From NCBI GenBank assembly GCA_001724265.1, contig MEDY01000035.1, forward strand, positions 62,001 to 118,512: 56,512 nucleotides of DNA, written 5' to 3'. Source of the DNA: Rhizaria sp. SCN 62-66. Lineage: Eukaryota. Shown here piece by piece: positions 10,601 to 23,444 of this stretch (position 1 is its first letter; each line of letters begins with the position of its first letter). The position numbers and the translations under genes were made by a program. The notes under the pieces are model-generated. The model saw only the letters and a program-made list of their open reading frames with translations. It searched no databases and was not told the origin of the DNA.

Positions 10601-13600
10601 CCGTCGACACCGCGATGCTGCTGATGTTGCCGCGACGTGCGCGCGCGAGGTACCGCGCCCGGCTGCTGCGCCGTGAGTTGCGCCGCCGCCGCGCCGCGCT
10701 GCAGCAGCAGCGGCGCCAGGAACAGCTGCAGCAGCAGCTTGCGCTGATACAGCAGCAGAAGCAGCAGCCGCAGCGTCTCAAGGGGTCCGCTGCCTTCGCG
10801 CCCGTCGGCTCTCCCACAGCCGCCACGTCAACGGTCGTCTCGACTCCACTCGCCGGTGTCAAGGCAAAGAGCGCTGAATCGACGACAGCGCGCAACCTGG
10901 CGGCGGCGACGGCGCAGCGCGCTCGGCCGCGGCGGGCGCTGAGCTTTGCCGCGCGCTTGCGCGTGCGTGTGCGCGCCGTCTTCGGCCTCGGCGGCACTGA
11001 CGCGGCCGAAGCGTTGGCTACCGCGCTGCAGCGCACCGCCGTCGCCGCTCTGCAGCAGCTGCGCGCGCCCGCGCCCGCGACCGCGACCGAAGCGCTGACC
11101 GTGATCCCCGCGCTGCACGCGCACGACCACGCACACTTACACGGACACGGCCGGCCCCCACCCAGCGCGCGCTTGCCGCCGCTGCGCCACCCCGCGCGCT
11201 GCGGCGGCGAGCTCTGCCGCCAGCTGCTGCAGGTCACGCGCGCCGTGTACCTTAACTTCCTGTGCTTGCGCGAGGCCGGGCTGCGGTTTGTGCCGCCGAC
11301 GCCGCACGCCGCGCGCGGGCTCGCCGGCCGCGCCACGCAGCGTGTTGTCTGGACGGACCGGCCCACGGTCGAGTCGCTCGCCGCGCGCCGTCGCGCAGCC
11401 GCCGCCGCGATCGCCACCGCTGCCGCCGCCACCACCACGAACGCGGTTAATGGCTCTGCGATGGGCAGTCCGATGGCGCCGCCCACAGTGCAAAGACAGG
11501 GCTCTCACTCACGCACTGCTGCTGGAGCTGCCAGTGTTGCTGCCAATAGCGCCACATCCGCTACCGCCGCCGCCGCCGCCGCTGCCGCCGCCGCTGCTGC
11601 TGCTGCTGCTGCTGCTGCTGCAAGTGCGGGAGCACAGGCTGACCGGGGCGGCTCGGCTGCACCTCTGAGGCACTTGCACGAGCTCGTCGCCGCTGCCCAG
11701 GCCGCGCGCGCTGCTGCTGTGGCCGAGGCTGCGTCGCGCCGCGCTGCCTAGGCGGCTGCGATTGTCACCGAGGCCGCGACGGAGGAAGCACTGGCGGCGT
11801 CGCTCGGGCGGTCCGCGGGCGGTGAGCTCGCGTACGTCTCGCGTTTCCCGCACATGCGTGCTCCGGACGCGCTTTTCCTCGCGGTCCCGGGCGCAGCGGC
11901 GGACGCAGTTCCGCCGGAGGAGCTCGTTGTACGCGCCGCCGTGCTCGCGGGCGACGCTACGGCCGACGACGCGCTGGTCACGCCCGCTGTGGCCGTCACT
12001 GGCGGATACGAGCCGACTCCGATGCCCGCGGGGATTGCAGCGCACGTGCGCGAAGTGCTTTCCCGCCCGCGCACGTCGTGCTCGCGCCTCATCAACTACT
12101 CGCTGCCGCCCGGCACTGAGCGGTCGGGCATGCCGCGGTCCACGCTCGGCCGCCCCGCCACTGCGGGGGTCGGGGCGCGGCTCGCGAACCACCACCGGCG
12201 CCGGCTCCGCGCCGCGCAGGCCGCTGGCGAGAACGCGAACGGCGGCAGCGGGAGCGAGGCGGCCGGGCAAGGATGGTCAGCGATTGCAGCCGCGGGCCGG
12301 ACCGGCGCCAGCTCCGTCGCCGCCTCTACTTGGGGCGGGGGCGCGCCGGCGCTGTACGCGGACTCCGAGGCCGCTGCCGAGGCCGCGGCCGGTGACATAG
12401 CTGCGACGATGATCGCAGGTGTCACCCCAGGCGGACCGGGCCGCGCGCCGCCCGCGCACCGCCTCGCGACTGCGGGTGAAGCAGCGGCGGCGCGCGCGCG
12501 TGCGGCCGAGCTTGAGGCGGCGGCGCCGACGCGTGACGTGAGCAAGAACGTGTTCGCGGCCACGCTCGCGGGCGGACGGCTGCCAGTGGCTCAATTCCGC
12601 AGCGGCGTGCTTGTCGCTGACGGCGAGATCGGCGGCGCGCTCGGCTTTATCGACGGCGCGCGTGTCGAGACTTTGCTCACGCCACAGGGCGCTGCGGCTG
12701 CGGGCACGGGCGCTGCTGCCGCGATGACCGCCGTTGCGGCAGCCGCGGCGCACACGGCCGCGTCAGTCGCTGAAGGCGTCGCCGTAACGCACGCAGGCGC
12801 GCGCCTATTAGCAGCGTTCTCTGCCTCTGCCGCGGCGGCCAGCGCGGCTGCGACTGCCGCTGCGAGCGCACGTCGTGCCAACGTCCCAGTCGACGCAGCT
12901 GCAGTGCCATCGCTGCCCGCCGAGGCCGTGTACGCAGTCTCCCAGGGCTTGCCCGTGGGGCAGCCAGATCACGCGCTGTGGCAACGCCAGAACCGGCGCG
13001 GCGCAGCGGGCGGCGCGGTGCCCGGCGCGGCCGCGAGCGCCGCCGCCGCCGCCGCAGCTGCCGCGGCGCGTGGCGTGCGCAGCGCGGATGACGACATGAT
13101 CAGCGCTCATTTCGCACCAGACGACGCGGCGGCAGTTGCGGCAGCGGCGCTGCTGAGCGAGGCCGAAGCCGCGCAGATGCGCCGCGTACACCAGACCACG
13201 AGTACCGTCACGCTCGCACAGTTACGCACGCGCATGCGGCTGCACGCCGCCTCCGACGCGCGCGCACAGCAAGTCGCGCGTTTTTTGCCTGAGGCGCTCA
13301 CTGCGTCGTCGGCGGCTGCCGCGGCTGCGGCTGCGGCGATGGCGGGCAGCGGCGCGCGGCGGGCGCGCAACCGCTCCCGCGCGCGCGCCGCGGCGGCTAC
13401 GGCTGCGGCGGGGCTGACCTCGACTGTGGAGGGCGGTGACAGCGCGGGCGTTGGCAGCATCGAGTCAGCCGCGTTGCTGCAGCTGGGCCGCGCTGCGACG
13501 TCGACGCGGCTCGACGAAGAAGGCGTTGCACAGGTTTCGCGGGCGTTCCGTGCGCTTGACGAACTAGGGCTTGAACATGAAGCCAGCGCGGACGCCAGCG

Positions 13601-14152
13601 CGGTCGAGCGTCGTGAGCGCGTCCTGAAGGAACTTAAGGAGGCGCGCAGTGAGCGATTGCGGTATGAGCGCGCGCGCAGCATCGCAGAGGGCCGTCCGCC
13701 GCCGCGGCACAAGAGATCCGAACCGGTACGTTCTTGTTATCTTTGCTTCATCATGTTAGAAATGGTGGATTCACTTTGTATTTACGCTTTGTCACATCGA
13801 TTTCTCATATTGTCAGATGTTATCTATTCTTTGTTTCGCATTTCTTATTTCATAGGAGTTGCCTCTGGCGCTTACTCGCGGTGAAGGTCCGCCCCTGTCG
13901 TTTACGTCACACTTCACCTTGGCAAACGCACCGTACCGCTCCCAATCCTTCCGCTTCGTCGAGCGCAACCTCGCCGGCGAGGCCGCGGCCACTGCGCGCG
14001 CCGCCGCTGAAGAGGAGCGCGAAGCCTCGGCCGTGTTGCGCGAGGTGAATCTGGTGCCGCCGGAGCACCACACACCGGCGCACGCGACGTCACTGCGCTC
14101 CGCCAGGGGCCGGGGGCTGCCAGCTGCGCCGAGAGGCAGCGGGCTGCTGTGA
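7629..14152 (+). CDS. Large Ala-rich hypothetical protein (~2090 aa), 3 exons, two in-frame TAG codons
   Basis: Exons 7629-7660, 7782-13725, 13856-14152; introns GTACGT...CAG and GTACGT...TAG join in phase (MANTTINDLQ R SIETDFWRLDK...; ...RSEP ELPLALTRG...). Track ORFs 8065..11751 and 11854..13884 share one frame, interrupted only by TAG at 7996-7998 and 11749-11751. Ends TGA. No domain recognised. Confidence 0.7.
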
Positions 14153-14261
14153 CACCGCTGAGCGCCCCCACGGCGCTTCTGACTGCGACTGCGCCACTGC
14201 AACAAACTGCGAATGCGACTGCGCCTGTGCGTGCCACTGTGAGCGTGGCGTTTGCTGTTGC

Positions 14262-14344
<83 letters not shown>

Positions 14345-17300
14345 CGTTGTGGGCTGCCACGGCTGGTGCCAGACATGAGTCCGCGGCTTTTCCCACGGCG
14401 CCTGCGCTTGCGCCTGTGTTTGCGCGTGCTCGTGCGTGTGCACTGACTGTTGCTGTTGTTGGAGTTGTTGTTGTGGAGGCGCTGTTGACTCTGCAATCGC
14501 GGGAGCCCACCGGCCATGTCCGCCGCCACTGTGCGGCCCGCTGCGTTGACTGTAGCCCCCATGGTCGCCGCTGTTAGGCGTGCCTGCGATGTTGCCCATA
14601 CCGTTGCTGTCGTATTCGAGACCGCTGCCATTGCGTTTAGACGCGTAACTCGCCTGAAGACGATCACAATCGCGATCGCGGTTGCTGTGGTTTAGTATAC
14701 TGCGGTTTTGGTCACGGTCACGGTCGTTGCGGTCGCGCGCGCCGTAGATATTGCTTCCGGGAGGGCTATTTATCACTCCCCAGGCTTCACGCGGTGGAGT
14801 CGACGCTGACCACGCAGAACCACTATACTGCGCATTGCTGATGTGTGCGCCGCTACTTTGGGGTGCCCCGTGATGTTGCTGTGCTTCACCGTGCTGCTGT
14901 GCGCCAGCTCCACTGTACGGTGTGCCATCGTACGGTGTCGTTCCAGCGCGGGACACAGTGCTATACGGCGTCTGACTGTGAGCCACGGCATTGTACGGCG
15001 TATGACTCTGCGGTGCACCGTTGTACGGCGTGTGACTGTGTGGCGCAGTCCTGTGTGGCGTGTTGCGATTTGACGCAGCGGCACTATAAGGTGTACTACC
15101 GTTATACGGTGTATTACCGTAAGGTGCGGCGGCATTGTATGGTGTGTCCATGTGTGGCATGTTGCGGGGCGACATACCACTGTGTGCAGACCCGGCGAAC
15201 GCGTGACCTTGTAGCCCAGAGCTTGGGAACGCACGACTCTGAGATCTACTATTTTGGAACGCGAGGCCCTGAAGCCCCGAACCTATGGAGCGCTGTTGCT
15301 GTTGCGTCTGCTGTTGGTAAGGAGTCCGCTGCAGCTGCTGTTGCTGTTGCATTTGCTGCTGATGTTGTGCAGGTTCACTAGGATGACGGCTATTTGCGCT
15401 GTGCTGGCGGGTGTTTGCCGCATTTGCACTGGCGCCACCCTGATGTACCGGTGGCCACATGTTCTCGCTGCCGATGCGGTCATCGCGCTCGTAGATCTTA
15501 GACCCACTGTTCCGATCGTGACTGTGATCGTAGTCCCGGCCATGACTGTGATTGTGCTTGGGTGGCGCCGGTGTCGCATACGTGTCAATATACGGGCTTA
15601 GCACACTCTGACCATTTTTCAGATAGCTGTTGTCGTATAGGGGCTCTTGCTTGATCGTCTTTACCATACCGGCGCTGTGACTGGCGAGATTAGAGCGCTG
15701 ATCGACCGTATCTGCACCCACGTGTCCCTCGAGCACCACACCGTGATCACCTCCGTCATCACTACCGTCGCAGTCCTGATCGCTGTCAACGTCTTCCCCC
15801 TGCGCGCGCAACGCCGCCGTGATCACCCTGCCTGCCGCGGCGCACTCCCCGCGCGCAGTCGCCGGCGCCGGCGCGGGCCCGATCAGCCGCTCCAGCGCGC
15901 GCTGCAGAGTGGCCGTGAGCGCGGCGTTGTTACGCACCGGCCAGAGCCAGCGACCTGTGGCGAGGTCGTAGCCCGCGGCACGGACCGCGGCGGCGGCGCC
16001 GAGGGCGGCGGGGCGGACCGAGTGCGCCGCGGGCAAGGGGGCGCGCTGGGCGACGGCGCACAGCGCGTCGGCCGCGGCGGCGAACGCGATGCTCTCTAGG
16101 GAGCGCACAAAACAACAACGGAGACTGTTGTGAGATGAGATATTTTGAATTACTTAGCACATCGATTATATATTCAAATAAAAAACGTATTTTCTTTCTC
16201 AATAGCGACTGTTTTCTGCTCTTGCATGTGCATATCACCGTACCAGTCTGACTCGCCGTGGCATCAGGTGCACTTAGCGCTGCTGCACGAGGGCTCGCAC
16301 TCGCGCCACCGCCTGAGTCTGAGTCGGCGGGGCTAATCAGTGTAAGCGCCGCAAGTGTGGCCGCCTCAGCCCACGGCCACGCGGCTGAGCGCAAGAAAAG
16401 CGCGTCAAAGCGGCACCGTGCAAACAGCGTGGCCTCGCGCCGCACGAGTAGCCGGCCAAACTCGGCCGCGGCGTCTCGGCGCACCCGCCTCTGAGAGCGC
16501 GCACTATCTGGATCACCAGCCGCACCAGCGTCAGCGCTAGCGCTGGAGCTGGTGCGTTTGTTATTGCCTGTTGGACATTTACGCTCGCGCTCTCGTTCCC
16601 GTTCACGCTCGCGTTGCTCTGCGTCGTCCGCCGCCTGTGCCGCGGCCTCAGCCTCAGCCACCGCCGCCGTGGCCGCCAAGAGCGCGCACACCGACCTCGG
16701 CCCCAGCGTTCCCTGTGCAACCGCTGCTCCCGCGGATCCAGTGTCCGCAGCGCCGGAGACCGTGAAGCCGGTCTGTTGCCCCGTGGTCGCGTCCGAGTCA
16801 GCGACTGCACTAGCGACTGCGGCGACCGCGATACGGTGCCCCGCAGTCCTGTGCCGCGCCGCCGCGACCGTGCGCCACCCGCCGGCGCGGGCCGCCGCGT
16901 CCTCGGCGACCGTGGGTGCGGTGACGGCCACAGCGGCGTCGGGGACGCCGACCAACCGGGCGGCGACGGCGGCGACACGGCCGGCGACGGACTCGAACGC
17001 GGCGCCGCTGGCGAGGACCGTCAGCGCGTCACCGGTCCCCTCATGGGTTCCTCGCTGTGTCCCATGCTGCGCGCCGCCGCCGCCAGTGTTCCTGTCGCTG
17101 TGACAGGAGCCTGTGGTGCGGGTGCTCGCGCTGTTGCTCTTGCGACTTTGCGTGGTGCTGCCGTTTGTGTCGTTAGAGTCTGAGGTGGTGGCCCAGAGCT
17201 GCCACGGCATCTCGACCAGTAAAGGGTGCCTCGGCAGCCCACACGACGGGCCCACTGCCGCAGCCACAGGCACACTTACGCCATTATGGCTGTTGCTCTG

Positions 17301-18633
17301 GCGCGGTGACTGTGCCAGTGCAGCGGGGCAGCACGCGAGACAGACGCGCAACCCAGGCAGAAACGCCGGGCCACGCTCCCCTTGCTGCTGCTGCTGTTGC
17401 TGCTGTTGCTGCTGTTGCTGTTGCTGCGAGTGCTGGAGAGGGCGTGCGAGCGCAGCGGCCTGCGCCAGCGCCGCAGCCGCTGCGCCCTGCGCTGCATCAG
17501 GCGACAGCGACAGCAACAGCGGCGCCGCTGCGTCAGTCCGCGTTGCGGCAGTGCGCGCAAGCATCGCAGCAATCCCACTGCCCGTGGCCGCACCGCCACG
17601 TTTCGTCCCCGCGTTCACTCCAGGAGCTGTGTTGGCTGCATTAGCAGGTGGCGCGGCCAGTGACTGGCGGAGCGCGCTTGAGGCGCGTCCCCTGCGCCAG
17701 CCTGCAGTGCCTGCGGCGGTCGAGGCTCTCGCTGCGATCGCCGACGCTGATGCGGAGGGCAGCACTGATGTTGATACCGACTTTGAGGGGGACAGGATGC
17801 TGCGGGTTGGCGAGACGAGGCCGGAGTCGGGCAGCGGCGCGGCGTCGGCGGGCAGCGGTTGCCAGCGCGTCGGCGAGAGCTGTGCAAGTAATGGGAGCGC
17901 GGCGGCGGCGGCGGGGAGCGAGGCTGCGGGCGGAGTGTGCAAGCGTGAGAGCAGAGAGACGGTCAGGCGGCAGTGACGCGGCTCAAACATCTACGGCATA
18001 AAGTCATAAGGAAAAGATACAAAACACAAGAAAAAACGTGAAAACGCGTTCTTTAAGTGTGCTGACAATGTGGATAAACGAGTCAAAGGGTTCCAAGTCC
18101 AAGAACGTTAGCATCGAGGCACGTACCTTGCTGGATATGAGGAGCGCTGCAAGGATATCAGTCTCTGGGATCGCAAGACGCACGTCGCCCGCCGCTGCGG
18201 CTGCAGCTGCAACAGACGCGCCCTCACCTGGCAGCGCGTCGGGCGCGAGCGCGCGCTGGAGAGCGTCGATGGCAGCGAACTTAAGCAGTTCGAGTGTGTT
18301 GTGCAAGGTTTCGACGCCCTGCTCGTAAAAGACGCAGAGCCGGACGACGAAATCAGTCACAAGCGGCCAGGGCGGCGCGGAAACGTGCTCGATAAGGTCG
18401 ACCCACTGCTGGACGGCGAGCAGCGCGGCAGCGTCGGGCGCGGCGGCGCGGAGGTTGAAGAGCGAGTGCTCCAGTGGCACTCCGGCGAAGCGGGCGCCGG
18501 AGGAGGGCTCGCCCAGCGCGGGCTCGCGCGCGAGGAGCTGGCATTCGGCGTCGCTAAACACTATGCGGAAAGAGTCGTTTGATTGGGTCGAGGGACCAAG
18601 CTCGCGCTTCGGGGGCGCCGTGCTAGGGCGCAT
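14090..18633 (-). CDS. Hypothetical low-complexity protein (~1419 aa), 3 exons, with T-P-Y repeats and polyQ
   Basis: Exons 18633-18127, 17990-16244, 16095-14090; introns GTACGT...TAG (phase 0) and GTACGG...TAG (phase 1) join track ORFs 18004..18657, 15930..17990 and 14090..16108 in frame. Start codon uncertain; an upstream exon is possible. Ends TGA. Confidence 0.65.
14252..14344. repeat. (TTG/CAA)n microsatellite encoding polyglutamine on the minus strand
   Basis: Near-perfect GTT run from 14262 to 14344 with one interruption at 14330; reads as CAA codons in the frame of the 14090 gene. Confidence 0.95.
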
Positions 18634-19363
18634 GCTTCGGGGGCGGTTGGCGCGCAAACGACTTGATGAGGGCTCGAATGGAACTACACCTGCTGTTGTG
18701 CTTTTCCTTATCCGTCAGTCGTTTGTCTGAGAGTAAATTGTAAAATAACAGAAAATATACATTTAAGCGAATATGTTTTGTTGCAATTAGCAGACGGCAG
18801 TGCGGCGAATTATTCGAATTTGAAGTTGTCAATTTATTTTCAAGTTGACAATAGCACTACGTAGCAGGCAGGTGGCTCGAGGCTGGCCCCCGACGTTCGC
18901 AGCGGCTTTGGAGAGCAAACAGGCGTGAATGGTGACGTATACACCGGTGACTGCATGGGAGCGTGCACATACGGCGGTCAAAGTTAGTTAGTTGAAAACC
19001 TTGTACGTATTGCTCTTTAAATCAGTTGCATGACATTTCCAGCGGCGTGTGGAAGGGGGACAAGCTCGTGCGCGCTGACTCAGGTGTCGTCGTCGAGTTG
19101 TGTGATGCAGTATATCACAATCAATCTTAGTATCCGTTTGAGTGATTTATTACAAATTGGAAATATGTTCTATACAAGAAATTATAGGATTGAGATAAAG
19201 TTATCTCACGCCAGCTACTATGACTTGAAGTGATGAATGATCGCGACTGTGAACACATAGTGCTGCGCAGTGCTAGCTCGATCGTTCACGTTATAACGCG
19301 CTATTATCATTATAGTATTCCATACAGTGCCATCTACTGATTCTACATTTGTTGTGTGGTCGT

Positions 19364-20913
19364 TTAAGCGTCGTCCTGAGCGAGGATCTCCTTGACCTGG
19401 CGCATCGTATCCTGCCAGTTGGTCACAGTGTGGCCGATCGTGCCAGTGTGCTCAAAGATCTCGTGGTCGTTGCCGCCCTTGTAGGTGTTGTCGCCGAAAA
19501 AGTGCACCTCGTCGATGCCGTCAGCAGCGAGGAACTGCAGGCAGACTGCAGAATGCGCAATAGCGAAACACAGAAGAATGGAGAAGCAACGATTACAGTA
19601 AGACAGAGGCAAATGCAAGTTAGCAAACAGTTGAAGATGATTATGCGACGAGGTATAAATGAACAAATGAAAAAAAAAGTATCGAAGTAAGAGTGATACG
19701 ACGCACTGGGCAAATCTGAGCGAGAGTTAAACATGAGATCAAGTTGTTTAGAGTGTGGAGTCGTGATATGATTTGAACGTACAGGTCTTGTCCCAGCCGT
19801 TGGGGAAGACGTCGAACGAGATCTCGCCGCCGATCGAGTACGTAAGAGGCAGCTCGGGGAACGCAGCCTTGAAAGCGGCGACGAAGCTGGTGCGGATGTG
19901 GTGCTCCTTGTCATAGGCGTGGAAAGCGTTGCGCTCCTCCTGGGTGCAGTTGCGGCCGATCGGGGAGATGTTCAGCATGCCGTTGCGGAACTCGATGAAC
20001 GTGCCGCTGCAGAGACACAGACAACACGCAATCGTTGTTCGAAGATTTGAGCGGTGCGTGATCGCAAAGGGGAGAGAGTTGGAGATGTACAAGTGAGTGT
20101 AATGAAGATGACGGTTATAAGAAAAGCTATTAAGTGGTGATTCCTTGGTTAAAACAAGAATAAGACACGTATACGCTTTTAAACACGTGGTGCGTTGTTT
20201 CATAGTCGTTTGCGTACCGCTTGATGGGGATATCGAGGTCGGCGATGTAGCGGAGCGCGAAGTTGATCACAGACTTGATGCGGTCCTCGCCCATGAAGTG
20301 CTTGAAAGACTGCTGCCCAATGAGCTTGCCGCCCTTGTAAGCCATAAGGCCGTTCTCGCTGAAGACGTAGTCGAAGTCTTCGAGGAGCTGCGAAGAAGAA
20401 ACAAAGACAGTTGTTGTGCGAGCGAAACAAATCACACCAAAGATGTAGGAGGATAGCGTGAGCCGGCGCCGATTGAGGGGAGATAAATTAAAAGACTTTT
20501 CATTTGTCCATAAATGCCCGAGCCAGTCGAGATGCTAATGACGAGTCATGGAGTTTTTGCTTGTTGAAAAGCAGTGGGGAAGAAGGTAACATACGCTTGA
20601 GCCGAGCTGCTCGGACTGCTTCGAGAGGTCGGAGCCGCCGACAATGCCGATGATGGCCTGGGAAGGCGCAAACAGGAAGCAAAAAAGAAAACAGAGGAAG
20701 CATATAAGCAACTAGTAAATATGATATGGCAAGTATAACACGTTTTGTGCTTGTTTTGAGGCGTACCTTGGTGCGGAGGTCGCGGATGAATGCGTCCATC
20801 TCCTCGGTCACCTTGTTACGGGGAACAGTGAGGGTGCCATCGACATCGAAAAGGAAGATGCGGTTGGGCTTGGCGCGCGCGGCAAGCTTGATCGTATTCT
20901 GGGCAGTGATCAT
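19364..20913 (-). CDS. PMM: Eukaryotic phosphomannomutase (HAD family, PMM/SEC53), 5 coding exons
   Basis: Exons 20913-20767, 20657-20595, 20387-20218, 20006-19783, 19545-19364 splice in phase to give [86 protein letters not shown]. Ends TAA. An acceptor-like CTGCAG just upstream of the ATG leaves the start slightly uncertain. Confidence 0.96.
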
Positions 20914-21347
20914 AACGTCTCTGCAGCGAGGAACACACGTGAAAACATGAGTGGCAACAGGTTTTAACATTAAGGTTGGCGAATGACGTGAGGAGCTGAC
21001 TCATCACGGCTAGTCAAGCGATATAGAGGGTATAAGAAGGATCCTCAAATGCATAATTAACAGGAAATAGAAAAAACAACAGATTAAGGCATATATTATG
21101 CATTGAGCTCGACAGACTGTCCAGTTGGCTCAGTTCACGGTTGACATTTTGAATCGTCAACAGCTTGATGTTTGAGCAGAGGCGACTCAGACTCAGATCC
21201 GGGTAACCACACCTTTCGCCAGCCAAGGGACATGATATATGCTTCTGAAGAACTGTATTTACATCTAACAAGAAATAACGTTTGTTTTGTACATTATTTT
21301 AGATTATTGCGTCTTGAAGTTGTTCCTGACCTTATCTGCGGCGCGTT

Positions 21348-22407
21348 ATGGGCGACTTCCCGGCTGTGCTGCCCTTCGGCTGGCTGCCCGCGCCCTGCTC
21401 CACGCCCTTCACTGCGGCCCACGCGCGCGGCCGCGGCCCCCGCGAGCGGGTTGTGCCGCTTGGCAAAGGCCTTTGGAGCCGCGGCGACCCCACGTAGCTG
21501 CGTCCTGACGCCAGCATAAACCCTGCGTTAACTGCCGCGAACCAGCCACAAATGCAATCACCAGAGTAGCAGTCAGGACAGCAGTCTCAGCCTGAGTCCC
21601 ATGTCCTTCAGTCGCAGCTCTCGCCGCAGTTGCCGACCGTTTCAGCACCTTTGCGCGCGCTCCGGCGGAACCCGCGCGTGTTGGTGTCTATTCCAGCTCA
21701 CACTCTTGACTCGCAGAAGCAGCAGTCGCAAACACCGCAGTCACAAGCAGAGACAGATTCAGAGGAGACTCAACCCGAGGCGCCGTCGACGACGCAGACG
21801 CAGGCACAGGCGCAGGCAGATGCCATGGGCTACAGTGACGTGTTTACGCCGTTGCCCGCGCTTTCGCCAGCGCTCGCGACACGGCTACAGGCGCAGCGGG
21901 AGGCTCAACTGCAACAACAGCAACAACAGCAACAACAGCAACAGCAACAGCAGCAGCTGCAGTCGCAGTCTCAGATCCAGGCACTAACCAAGGGGTTGAA
22001 ATCGAAGACGCGTGTGCAAGCGTACCCCCAGCGCGCGCACACACAGAGCAAGAGCGCGGGTGATGCCAACGCAGCGCGGAATGCTGCGGACGCTGCGGAT
22101 CCCTATGCCAAGCGCTCTCGGGCGGCTGCACGCAGTTCTGCTCCGACTGCGACATCGGCTACGACACAACAATCACAGTCATATCCACCGTCGCAGTTAG
22201 AGCCAGAGTCACAGTCGCGGTCAGAGAGTGTGAGTATTGAGCCTGTGGTGCTGTTGCCAGAGGAAGCAGCATTCCTCGCTCACAGTCACTCTGCAGCCTC
22301 AGCTGATGCTCACAGTCACTCCGATGCCCACAGTCACTCTGTAGCGTATGCTCACAGTCACAGTCACCCAGATGCAACTGACCACAGTCAAACTCCTCCT
22401 CCTCCTC

Positions 22408-22443
<36 letters not shown>

Positions 22444-22988
22444 CTGGCACTGCTGCGCACAGCCACCCCGCTCTGGCGTCATTGCGACTCGCCCTGTGGA
22501 GGCTGCTGTTGCTACGGCGCGGGTGGCTGCCCCGCAGCGGGCTGAAACTCGGCGCGACTTGGGCTCTCTACACTGACGCACCGGCACGCGCGCACGCAGC
22601 TGTTTCGCTCACTTTGCCCTTGACGCTCGCAAGTGATGCTAGTGACCGTGGGCAACGTAGTGACAGTGAGCAGCGCAGTGACTGTGGGCTGCAGACTGAC
22701 TCTGGGCTGCGGCTTGACTGGTTGACCGCACAGACGCGTGGTCGAGTGGCAGGCACCGTGCGCAAACGTGCCGCCGAAGCGTTACTTATGACCACGACAG
22801 AGGCGGATGTAAACGAGGCTATTCCAGACTGCAGGCCTGCTGCTGAGCACCTCGAGACGAGTCCTGAGACACAGTCATCGGCGCACTCGCACTCGCCGTC
22901 GCAGGTTCATCTGCAGACACAGACTCAGGCAGAGGCTCAAGCCGCTGCGCTGGTGCTACTTGTATCGCGCCGTGCACGACTGCGTTGA
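21348..22988 (+). CDS. SEN2: tRNA-splicing endonuclease catalytic subunit, SEN2-like (546 aa), two in-frame TAG codons
   Basis: ATG 21348 is in frame with track ORF 21630..22988. LGKGLWSRGDPT resembles the SEN2 motif FGKGxLSRSEPT; EPVVLLPEEAAFLA resembles LxLxxEEAFFL; RGWLPRSGLKLGATWALY...AHA and RVAGTVRK supply the Tyr/His/Lys catalytic motifs. TAG at 21495-21497 and 21567-21569. Ends TGA. Confidence 0.82.
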
Positions 22989-23444
22989 TATACCATCGCA
23001 ATACTGCCAACTGTGTGAACTTTGACGCTTGCGCGAATACTTACTATCTAGACCACATCAGCTTTTATAGAAACACATTTTGATTTATTTAGCAGTTATC
23101 CATACAATACATAGACTTTTAATCCTTCCTCACACGGTGATACAAGATATAAACGTTTGTATTGTTATATTTGATTACGACCAGTTGCTGCGCATGAGAA
23201 CCGACACACGGCCATCATTGCACGACGTTAGAGAATAAAACAAGAAATGTACTGATCGCGACGACAGGTGTTCAGGGCACAAACAACATATCACCACATC
23301 GGTGCATGGCCCAACGTCCCTTAGTTGCAAAAATGCGCAGTTCGAAGTGAAGCTCATGAGATACTGCACACGCACAGATAAGATAAGATAACGAAGTTAC
23401 ACACGGTCAAAAGCTCAAAGGCGTGGCATTATTTGCATGTGTGT

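Noticed and set aside
7980-11751. TAGs as 3' acceptors of tiny or in-frame introns
   Set aside because: Real introns here are 109 nt or longer, AT/pyrimidine-rich and start GTACG/GTATG. The nearest GTs give 19-nt frameshifting introns (7980, 11733) or a non-consensus donor (GTGGCC at 11719), and joining the 7661 donor to 7998 breaks the frame. Not fully excluded without RNA-seq.
11752-13884. Treating ORFs downstream of each TAG (11854, 21630, 39577, 53058) as separate genes, or the loci as pseudogenes
   Set aside because: No AT-rich spacer or promoter room, same frame each time, mostly GTG/TTG starts in the track, and no frameshifts or TAA/TGA lesions as decay would produce.
19480-19500. PMM motif FFGDNT instead of the usual FFGDKT
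   Set aside because: Single substitution beside an intact Asp; all other catalytic motifs are present, so there is no evidence of altered function.
21495-21569. Pyrrolysine or selenocysteine recoding
   Set aside because: Sec uses UGA; Pyl is not known in eukaryotes, and the TAGs are in non-catalytic, low-complexity contexts.
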